Shown here piece after piece: positions 39,008-47,538 of a stretch of DNA of 64,000 nucleotides; the stretch's first letter is position 1, and every line of letters begins with the position of its first letter. The notes below the pieces were generated by a model. That model worked only from the letters and a program-made list of their open reading frames with translations, was not told the DNA's origin and ran no database searches. The position numbers and the translations under genes are program-made. This stretch comes from Candidatus Eiseniibacteriota bacterium (GTDB lineage Bacteria > Eisenbacteria > RBG-16-71-46), in the NCBI GenBank assembly GCA_963744995.1, contig CAVUWA010000001.1:192001-256000 (forward strand), read 5' to 3'.

Positions 39008-39439
39008 TTATTCGTCGAGCATGACCGTGCGACCGGTCAGCGTCATCGGGTTGGTGAAACCGGCGCCGAACAGATTGAAGACGCCGGGAAAGATCCAGTT
39101 GAACTCGCCCTGGACGGTGACGCGGACGAGCTTCGACGCGTCCGGACCCTCGATCTGAAGGCTGGTCACCGTGACCCCGGACGAATTGGCCACCTCGAGC
39201 ACTCGGCTGCGGATCAGCGCGCTGTCGGCCACCGAGGTGACCGCCAGCAGGCGGACCCCCTCGCGCGCCGACTGCTCGAGCATGTTCTTGACGAAGAACG
39301 CGCGTCCGAAGTCGACGGCAGCGACGGTCAGGACCAGCAGCAACGGCAGAACGAGTGCAAACTCGATCAGCGCCGTGCCGCGTTCCCGCGACGGATTCCG
39401 AGGTGTCCGAGCCATACCGTTCGACTTATCGGCATTCAT
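39008..39439 (-). CDS. tadE: TadE-like pseudopilin
   Basis: ERGTALIEFALVLP, SAREGVR; ATGA overlap with the prepilin peptidase. Confidence 0.9.
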   Translation of the reverse strand: MNADKSNGMARTPRNPSRERGTALIEFALVLPLLLVLTVAAVDFGRAFFVKNMLEQSAREGVRLLAVTSVADSALIRSRVLEVANSSGVTVTSLQIEGPDASKLVRVTVQGEFNWIFPGVFNLFGAGFTNPMTLTGRTVMLDE

Positions 39440-39966
39440 GGACGCACCCATAAGGCGAAAATCGAGCCCGCAAGTACCGCCAGCGCAAAGGGAAAGCGGA
39501 CGCCGGTGGTGACCGGAGGCGGGGCCATTCCGCGCGTGTCTCGAGAAAGGGTCCAGGCGCCGAGCGTCACGACGCCGAAGACGGCGGGGAGAAGAACGCG
39601 ATGCCGGATCGCGTACACGACTGCGATCAGGCCGCCGGCGGCAAGCGACGCCAGCACTGCGATCAGCGAGGCCGGCCACGCCAGCCAGGCCCCGACGGCG
39701 GCCATCAGCTTCACGTCACCGGCGCCCATCCAGCGCATCAGCCAGCCCGGCAGCAGGATCGCGCCGGCGATCAGCATGCCGGTGAACGATGTCTGGAATC
39801 CGGACCATCCGCCGATGGCGAAATGGGTGGCCAGCCCGAGCAGCAGGGCGGGCCCGGTGAGGACGTTGGGGATCTTCCGCGTCCGAACGTCCGCTCCGGC
39901 CGCGAGCACGACCAGTGCAGCGAGCGGGACCGCAACCCAGAGCGGAGCGTTCATGACGGGATTCAC
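39436..39966 (-). CDS. cpaA: A24 prepilin peptidase CpaA/TadV
   Basis: DVRTRKIPN, MGAGDVKL, FPFALA. Confidence 0.92.
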   Translation of the reverse strand: MNPVMNAPLWVAVPLAALVVLAAGADVRTRKIPNVLTGPALLLGLATHFAIGGWSGFQTSFTGMLIAGAILLPGWLMRWMGAGDVKLMAAVGAWLAWPASLIAVLASLAAGGLIAVVYAIRHRVLLPAVFGVVTLGAWTLSRDTRGMAPPPVTTGVRFPFALAVLAGSIFALWVRP

Positions 39967-39972
39967 CGTGGA

Positions 39973-40155
39973 CTACGCGTTGTCGAGAGCGTTCTTGGCC
40001 TTCTGGAACGCGCCGGTCAGCGCGCCCTTGATGCCAAGGGGATCGAGGATGATCGTGACGAGCGCGACCGACGCCACGAAGGCCGCCAGCAGGCCATACT
40101 CGATCAGGTCTTCGCCGTTCTCTTCGCGGATGAAGCTGCGGACGAGGTTCATCAT
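39973..40155 (-). CDS. flp: Flp family type IVb pilin
   Basis: 60 aa; FIREENG/EDLIEYGLL Flp motif followed by a hydrophobic helix; GAGGAG SD. Confidence 0.92.
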   Translation of the reverse strand: MMNLVRSFIREENGEDLIEYGLLAAFVASVALVTIILDPLGIKGALTGAFQKAKNALDNA

Positions 40156-40296
40156 TGGGACGGACTCCTCTTGCAGTGAGGAACTGAGCTGTGACCGGCG
40201 CTCTGCCGGTGTGAACGGAGGGCCGTCTTCCGTGCGACGGACCGCGACCGATGCGCTCGCCACGCGAGGCGTATCCGGTCTTGCAGATTCCCCTGC

Positions 40297-40311
40297 GCAA
40301 GAGGCGGGCCA
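40297..40311 (-). promoter_or_regulatory. Sigma54 (-24/-12) promoter of flp/tad
   Basis: TGGCCCG-CCTC-TTGC versus TGGCACG-N4-TTGC, correct GG-N10-GC spacing. Confidence 0.75.
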
Positions 40312-40352
40312 GCCGGTATGCCGCGCCCGATGCGGGTGCAGGGCGCGACGCC

Positions 40353-40365
40353 CAAGCACTTGATT
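40353..40365 (-). promoter_or_regulatory. IHF binding site
   Basis: AATCAA-GTGC-TTG is an exact match to WATCAA-N4-TTR, about 42 nt upstream of the -24 box. Confidence 0.65.
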
Positions 40366-40448
40366 CGCTTTGCGTTCGCACCGTGTGTGGGGAGCACGCG
40401 CGGCCTCGCTGCGCCGCATCGGACGCCCCCGCGGAGGGGCTTGCGTTG

Positions 40449-40507
40449 GGGTTTTGCCCCAGCGCTCACGAGCGATGCGAGCGCCGAAGCGGGTTTTCAC
40501 CCAGCGC
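40449..40507. repeat. Pair of 17-bp semi-palindromic direct repeats (candidate enhancer/UAS)
   Basis: GGGTTTT-gc-CCCAGCGC at 40449-40465 and GGGTTTT-ca-CCCAGCGC at 40491-40507; 15/17 identical, 42 bp period. Confidence 0.65.
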
Positions 40508-40989
40508 GTCTCGTCGCTTCGCATGCCGGATGGTGCGCATCGAGTTCGCTCGAGCGCATGGAGCCAGGGGTGTGCCGGAGCGTAGCGTGCGGCAACGGGC
40601 GGCATGATCTCGTGCGTGTGCGCTCCTCGTTCAGGAAGTGCGGGCTCCCGGGCACGGGACGCGTGTCCTGCGCGGCGCCTCACCGATCGAGTGCCCGCGC
40701 AGCCGGGGTGGGGCAGGCATGCGTCGCGCACGTTCGGGTGCAATCCGTGGACGGGCTCCCATCTCGTTCACTTTTCCATTGACGGGCTGCAGGGCGCAGA
40801 TGGCGCGAGTCCGAGGATCGCCTCCTGCCTTCGCGCCATTGCGCGCGAGCCGCGCGCTGCCGGGATTGCGGCGGTCGTCGTGAAAATCACTTGATGCCGG
40901 GCGGCGATCTGCGTACAGCGCGCGTCTCCGCGCGTCGAAAATCGGTGTGATAGGAAGGGAGTGCGCCCCCGCGCCACCCGCCCCCGCGG

Positions 40990-42342
40990 ATGAACGCGCT
41001 CATGCACTTCTCGAAGTTGTCCCACCTGACCGACGACGCCCTGCGGCGCGAGATGATCGGCGCCCTCGCGAACGAGCGCCGCGCCGCCGCCCTCGCGCTC
41101 GCCCACCTCGCCGAGTTCGACGCCCGGAAGCTGTACGTGCCCGAAGGGTACCCATCGATGTTCCGCTTCTGCGCAAACCGGCTCGGGCTCTCGGATGCCG
41201 GGGCATCGAAGCGCATCCAGGCCGCGCGCGCCGCGCGCGAGTTCCCGGCGATATGGGATCTGCTGGCCGGGGGCCGGCTGTCGGTGAGCGCGGTGTGCCT
41301 GCTGGCGCCGAAGCTCGAGCCGGAGAACGCGGACGAGCTGCTGGCCGCGGCGGCCGGCCGCTCGAAGCGCGCGCTCGAGCTATGCCTGGCGAACCGGTTC
41401 CCGAAGGCGGATGTGGCGATGGAAGTGGCGCCGATCGAGCCGGCCCCGGAGGGTTCACGTTCCCCGGGGAACGTAAGCATGCTGGCGCCGGCACACCCCC
41501 AGGGGGACGGAACGGCCGCATCGCGTCCGCGGATTGCGCCTCTTTCGCCGGAGCGCTACGGGGTGCGTTTCACGATGGGACAGGGAACGCACGAGGCGAT
41601 CCAGGCGTTCGAGCAGCTGGCGGGACGCAAGGTCACGGCGGAGCACATGAACGAAGCCCTGCGGCGCGGCTTCGAGGCGATGGCCGCGGCAATCGAGAAG
41701 CGCCGCTTCGCCGCGACCGACCGGCCGCGGAAGCAGCAGGGCCCGGCCAAAGGCCGCCACATTCCGGCGGCGGTGAGGCGGGAAGTGCGCGAGCGCGACG
41801 GCGATCGCTGCACGTTCGTCGCCGACTCCGGCCGCCGCTGCGGGGCCCGCGGGAAACTCGAGTTCGATCACATCGAGCCGGTGGCGCGCGGCGGGAAATC
41901 GACGGCCGCGAACCTGCGGCTCCGCTGTCGCGCACACAATCAGTACGAGGCCGAGCAGGCGTTCGGTGCAGGGTTCATGGCAGCCAGGCGGGAAGCGTCT
42001 CGGCGCGCGGCGGACGTGAGGCGTCCGCGGCCTGGGCAGACCTCGGCGCCGGCAAGCCGAGCAAAGGAGCCGGAACGCCCATCGTCTGCAGAGCCACCGG
42101 AGGGGGCATCGGCCGAATCGGAGCGCGCGTCGGGGACGGCCGCCGGCGGACCCGATCCCGATCTCGACGTCACCCCCTGGCTTCTGCGCCTGGGTTTCCG
42201 AAAGACCGAAGCGCGGCAGGCCGCGGCACGATGTGAAGACATGGCGGATGCATCGCTCGAGCGGCGCCTGAGGGCGGCGTTGTCGTTCCTGCGGCCGCCG
42301 GCGCGAGTCGAAGGGGCGTTCCGGGGCGCCGCGCAGGGGTAG
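40990..42342 (+). CDS. HNH endonuclease with DUF222-like N-terminus and RuvA-C-like C-terminal helical domain
   Basis: LAHLAEFDARKLY..GYPSMF..C..LGLS..RIQAAR; RHIPAAVRREVRERDGDRC..RRC..LEFDHIEPVARGG..NLRLRCRAHN; C-terminal LLRLGFRKTEA..SLE.RLRAAL. Confidence 0.85.
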   Translation: MNALMHFSKLSHLTDDALRREMIGALANERRAAALALAHLAEFDARKLYVPEGYPSMFRFCANRLGLSDAGASKRIQAARAAREFPAIWDLLAGGRLSVSAVCLLAPKLEPENADELLAAAAGRSKRALELCLANRFPKADVAMEVAPIEPAPEGSRSPGNVSMLAPAHPQGDGTAASRPRIAPLSPERYGVRFTMGQGTHEAIQAFEQLAGRKVTAEHMNEALRRGFEAMAAAIEKRRFAATDRPRKQQGPAKGRHIPAAVRREVRERDGDRCTFVADSGRRCGARGKLEFDHIEPVARGGKSTAANLRLRCRAHNQYEAEQAFGAGFMAARREASRRAADVRRPRPGQTSAPASRAKEPERPSSAEPPEGASAESERASGTAAGGPDPDLDVTPWLLRLGFRKTEARQAAARCEDMADASLERRLRAALSFLRPPARVEGAFRGAAQG

Positions 42343-42599
42343 CAGGCGCGCGTTCAGGACCGGCCCGCCACAACAGCGGGCTCGAGAACATGCAGCCGTC
42401 GTGGGTCGTGATCGCCAGGCGACACGGTGTGAGGGCGGGCGCCGCGCCCCGGCACGGCCCGGACCTCGGAGCGTCTGCGCCGGTGCGACCGCCGCGCTCC
42501 AGCCCGGATCCCGCCGCGGAGCCTCGGACCGGCGGGGCGACGCCGCGCGGCCCGGGACGGGCAGGGTGCGGGATCGCAGCAGCCGGATCCTGCCGTCCG

Positions 42600-43303
<704 letters not shown>

Positions 43304-43304
<1 letters not shown>

Positions 43305-44092
43305 CAGGCGCCTCCCGCCGCGGCGCTCACGTCTTCGCCCAGGTACGCCTCGATCACCTTGGGGTCCCTGCGAATCTGGTCCGGCGTGCCTTCGGCGATC
43401 TTCTCGCCGTAGTCGAGCACGGCGATCTGCTCACAGATCCCCATGACCACCCGCATGTCGTGCTCGATCAGCAGAATCGTGAGGCCGAAGCGCTTGCGCA
43501 CGTCGAGGATCAGCCGCATCAGCGCCTCCGATTCCTGCGGATTGAGGCCCGCGGCCGGCTCATCGAGCAGCAGAAGCCGCGGCTTGCCGGCGAGCGCGCG
43601 CGCGATCTCGAGGCGGCGCTGCTGGCCGTAGGGCAGGTCGGCGGCGCGCACGTCGGCCCACGCGGAGAGCCCGAGCACTTCGAGCAGCTCGTCGGCCTGC
43701 CGGTTCATTTCGCGCTCGTCCGCCTCGAACGCCCCGGTGCGCAGCACCGCCGCGAGCAGGCCGGCGCGCGCGTGCTGGTGGGCGGCGATGCAGACGTTGT
43801 CGCGACAGCAGCGCGAATGGAACAGCCGGATGTTCTGGAACGTACGGGTGATGCCGCGGCGCGCGATCTGGTGGGGCTTCAGGCCCTGGATCTCGCGGCC
43901 CTCGAACACGATCTTCCCGTGAGTCGGCGCGTAGACGCCGGTGATCACGTTGAAGATCGTCGTCTTGCCCGCGCCGTTCGGACCGATGAGGCCGTAGAGT
44001 CCGCCCACGGGCAGCGCGAGGTCGAAGTCCGCGACGGCCTTGAGGCCGCCGAACTGCATCGTCACGCGGTCGAGTTCGAGGAGCGCGCTCAT
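43304..44092 (-). CDS. livG: Branched-chain amino acid ABC transporter ATPase LivG
   Basis: FGGLKAV, GPNGAGKTT, RTFQNIRLF, LPYGQQRRLEIARAL, IEHDM. Confidence 0.95.
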
Positions 44093-44093
44093 C

Positions 44094-45083
44094 TCACTGC
44101 TGCTCCGCGGCGCGGCGGCTGCGCCGGAACAGGCGGGTGAAGTCGAGCTCGCGGTCGCCGAACAGACCCTGCGGGCGCGTGATCATGAGCACGATCAGCA
44201 TGAGCGAGTAGATCACCATGCGGTAGTCCTTGACCGGCCGCAGCACCTCGGGCAGCAGGGTCAGCACGATCGCGGCGACCACCGCTCCGGTGATGCTGCC
44301 CATGCCGCCGAGCACGACCATGACCACGACCTCGACGCTCTTGATGAACGTGAACGAGTTCGGATTGAGGTACGAGAGGTAGTGCGCGAACAGGCCGCCG
44401 GCGATGCCGGCGAAGAACGCGCCGATCACGAATGCCTTGACCTTGTAGGACGTGGTGTCCACGCCGAGCGCCTCGGCCGCGACCTCGTCGTCGCGGATCG
44501 CGAACAGGGCGCGGCCGTGCGTGCTGTGGGCGATGTGAATCGAGAGCATGATCACCGCCACGACGCCGACGCCCACCCAGAAGAAATTCACCCACTGCGG
44601 GATCCCGGGCAGCCCGCGCGAGGCGCCCACCGCGTCCACGTTGGTGATCACCACGCGGATGATCTCGCCGAAGCCGAGCGTTGCGATCGCCAGGTAGTCG
44701 CCGCGCAGGCGCAGCGTGGGAAGGCCGACCAGGTAGCCTGCAACGGCGGCGAGCAGGCCGCCCAGCAGCAGCGCCACCAGCAGCGCGCCTCCCTGGGCAA
44801 TGACCGGCGGCGCGCCGGCGGCCACCGCCGCGGCGACCCACTTCTCCCCCACGTGCAGCGAGAACATCGCCGAACCGTAGGCGCCGAGCGCCATGAAACC
44901 GGCGTGTCCGATCGAGAACTGGCCCGTGAAGCCGTTGATCAGGTTGAGCGACACCGACAGCATGATGTTGACGCCGCACAGCACGATGATCTGGAACACG
45001 TACGGGTTCACGAGTCGCGGCATCACCGCCGAGAGCCCGGCGAGGATGCCCAGCACGGCCAGCGCCCAGATCAGCCGCTTCAT
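44094..45083 (-). CDS. livM: Branched-chain amino acid ABC permease LivM
   Basis: GFTGQFSIGHAGF, LRLRGDYLAIATLGFGEI, AIRDDE, GGMGSI. Confidence 0.95.
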   Translation of the reverse strand: MKRLIWALAVLGILAGLSAVMPRLVNPYVFQIIVLCGVNIMLSVSLNLINGFTGQFSIGHAGFMALGAYGSAMFSLHVGEKWVAAAVAAGAPPVIAQGGALLVALLLGGLLAAVAGYLVGLPTLRLRGDYLAIATLGFGEIIRVVITNVDAVGASRGLPGIPQWVNFFWVGVGVVAVIMLSIHIAHSTHGRALFAIRDDEVAAEALGVDTTSYKVKAFVIGAFFAGIAGGLFAHYLSYLNPNSFTFIKSVEVVVMVVLGGMGSITGAVVAAIVLTLLPEVLRPVKDYRMVIYSLMLIVLMITRPQGLFGDRELDFTRLFRRSRRAAEQQ

Positions 45084-45982
45084 ACCTTCTCCGCCGTGCG
45101 CTCGCCCATGATTCCGGACGGCCGCACCAGCAGGATGATGATCAGGAGCACGAATGCGATCGCGTCACGGTAGGTGGGGGAGATGTAGGCGGTTACCATG
45201 ACCTCGGCGATGCCCATGATCAGCCCGCCGATCACCGCACCCGGGATGTTGCCGATGCCGCCGAGCACCGCCGCCACGAACGCCTTGAGGCCGGGCAGCA
45301 GGCCCATGATCGGGTCGATCTTCGGGTTCTGCAGGGCGACCAGCACGCCCGCCGCGGCGGCGAGCGTCGAGCCGATCATGAACGTGAACGTGATGATCCG
45401 GTCCACCGAGATGCCCATCAGCGCCGCGGCGGTGTGGCTGTGCGACACCGCCTGCATCGCCTTGCCCGTCCTGGTGCGCTGCACGATGAAGCGCAGCGCG
45501 AACATCAGCACCAGCGACACCACGATGATGATCACCTGCTGATTGGAGATCGTAACGCCGCCGCCGAGCGCGATGTTCTTCGACACGACGATCTGCGGGA
45601 AGAACTTGGGGTCGGGGCCGAACACGAGGATGCCGCCGTTCTCGAGCAGCAGCGAGACGCCGATCGCGGTGATCAGCGCCGCGAGCCGCGGCTGCCGGCG
45701 CAGCGGCTTGTAGGCGAGCCGCTCGATCACCATGCCGATGATGCCGCACGCCGCCATCGACACCAGCAGCACCACCACCGCCTTGCCGGGGTTGGGATCG
45801 GAACCCGCGTGCATCGCCCGGGCCACGTAGTAGCCGAAGAACGCGCCCAGCATGTACACGTCGCCGTGGGCGAAGTTGATCAGCCGGAGGATCCCGTACA
45901 CCATCGTGTAGCCCAGCGCGATCAGGGCGTACACGCTCCCCCAGGTCACTCCGTTGACGAGCTGCTGCAGGAACTCCGACAC
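45080..45982 (-). CDS. livH: Branched-chain amino acid ABC permease LivH
   Basis: YALIALGYTMVYG, NFAHG, KAFVAAVLGGIG, RPSG. Confidence 0.95.
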   Translation of the reverse strand: MSEFLQQLVNGVTWGSVYALIALGYTMVYGILRLINFAHGDVYMLGAFFGYYVARAMHAGSDPNPGKAVVVLLVSMAACGIIGMVIERLAYKPLRRQPRLAALITAIGVSLLLENGGILVFGPDPKFFPQIVVSKNIALGGGVTISNQQVIIIVVSLVLMFALRFIVQRTRTGKAMQAVSHSHTAAALMGISVDRIITFTFMIGSTLAAAAGVLVALQNPKIDPIMGLLPGLKAFVAAVLGGIGNIPGAVIGGLIMGIAEVMVTAYISPTYRDAIAFVLLIIILLVRPSGIMGERTAEKV

Positions 45983-45994
45983 GCGGCGGGCCGG

Positions 45995-47206
45995 CTACGG
46001 GTTGATCGTCGTGTCGTACTGCTTCTTGCCGTCCCTGATCGCGATCACGACGGCCGGCTTGGACGCGTTGCGGTTCTCGTCGAGCGTGATGGTGCCGGTG
46101 ACGCCGGGATAGTCCCTGGTCGCGGCGATCCGGTCGCGCAGATTCTTCTCGGCCTCCTTGCGCGCGGCGGTGCCGGCTTTCGCCGACGACAGGCCGGCGA
46201 ACACGTTCGGCTGCTCCTTCGCCATGGCTTCGAGATGCGTGAACAGCACGCGCGCCGCGTCATAGGCGAGCCCGCCGATCGCGTCCGGGTCCGAGCCGAA
46301 GCGCGTCCGGTACTTCTCGAGGAACTTCTGCAGTGACGGATCCGGATTGTCGACCGCGAAGTGATTCGAATAGTAGGAGCCGTTGAGCGCATCGCCGCCG
46401 ATCTGCAGAAGCTGCTCGCTCTCCCAGCCGTCGGTGCCGAGCAGCGGGCCCTTGTAGCCCAGTTCCCGCGCCTGGCGCGCGATCAGGCCGACTTCGGTGT
46501 AGTAGCCGGGGATGAAAATCGCCTGCGGGTTCTTGCCCTTGAGCGTCGTGAGCTGGGCGCGGAAGTCCTGGTCGCCGGCGCTGTAGGCCTGCTCGGTGAC
46601 GATCGTGCCGCCGAGTTCCGTGAACGCCTTCGAAAAGAACTCGGAGAGACCCACGCTGTAATCGTTGCGCACGTCCTTGAGGATCGCGACGCGCTTGAGA
46701 CCCAGGTTCTGGTAGGCGAACTTCGCCATCACCGTGCCCTGGAACGGGTCGATGAAGCACATGCGGAAGATGTAGTCGCCGACCTCGGTGACCCTGGGAT
46801 TCGTCGAGGAGGGCGTGATCATCGGGATGCCCGCGTCCTGCGCGATCGGCGCGGCGGCGAGGCTGCGCGAGCTGGCGACCTCGCCGAGCAGGGCGATGAC
46901 GCGGTCCTGATTGATGAGCTTCTGCACGACCGTCGCCGCCTCCTCGGGGCGCCCCTGGTCGTCTTCGACCACCACCCGCACCTTGAGCCCGCCGATCTCG
47001 CCGTTCTGGTCGGCGGTGAGGTCCGCCAGGGCGAGGTCGACGCCGTTCTTGGTGGACTGGCCGAACGTGGCCTCGTTGCCGGTCAGCGAACCGTACTCTC
47101 CGATCACGAGCTCGTTGGTGCCGGAGCCGCCGCCACAGCCGAAGGCGAGCAGGGCGGCAAGGCCGCACGAGACGAAGGCGAAGCGCATCCGAAGGCGCGG
47201 GGTCAT
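45995..47206 (-). CDS. Branched-chain amino acid ABC substrate-binding lipoprotein (LivJ/K-like)
   Basis: Lipobox LAFGC, SLTG..ATFG, GEVASS, STNP.VT, FRMCFIDPFQG, AYDAA, GVTG; AGGAG SD. Confidence 0.93.
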   Translation of the reverse strand: MTPRLRMRFAFVSCGLAALLAFGCGGGSGTNELVIGEYGSLTGNEATFGQSTKNGVDLALADLTADQNGEIGGLKVRVVVEDDQGRPEEAATVVQKLINQDRVIALLGEVASSRSLAAAPIAQDAGIPMITPSSTNPRVTEVGDYIFRMCFIDPFQGTVMAKFAYQNLGLKRVAILKDVRNDYSVGLSEFFSKAFTELGGTIVTEQAYSAGDQDFRAQLTTLKGKNPQAIFIPGYYTEVGLIARQARELGYKGPLLGTDGWESEQLLQIGGDALNGSYYSNHFAVDNPDPSLQKFLEKYRTRFGSDPDAIGGLAYDAARVLFTHLEAMAKEQPNVFAGLSSAKAGTAARKEAEKNLRDRIAATRDYPGVTGTITLDENRNASKPAVVIAIRDGKKQYDTTINP

Positions 47207-47353
47207 ATGGGCTCCTGCGTTGGCGGGATTCTGGAAACGGCCGGGGCGAAGGACGGCGCGGCCGCAAAGGCACCCGACGGGCGTGCTGCCAAGCCTGTAC
47301 AGGTAGCACGCCCGGGCGCGGCGGATCAAGCCAAATCGTTCTCATGCCTCATG

Positions 47354-47382
47354 TTGCCGGGCCGGAACCCCGGTGCTAAATT
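47354..47382 (+). promoter_or_regulatory. Putative sigma70 promoter of the amidase gene
   Basis: TTGCCG-17 nt-TAAATT with extended TG. Confidence 0.5.
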
Positions 47383-47538
47383 GCGCGTGTCATGGCCATT
47401 GCCGAGCGCGCAAGGATGCCGAGCGGCTGCGCCGCGCGCCGGGTCCCACCGCGCCCGGCCCGGCCGGAGCGTGCTCGCGCCGGCCCGTTGAACCGGCGCC
47501 GGGGCCGCCACGGCAGCGCCCCCGGTGCAACGTCTTCC

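Noticed and set aside
40156..40296. Possible c-di-GMP riboswitch in the flp leader
   Set aside because: Could not identify the GEMM-type conserved motifs. Hairpins exist but are expected at this GC content; an Rfam scan would settle it.
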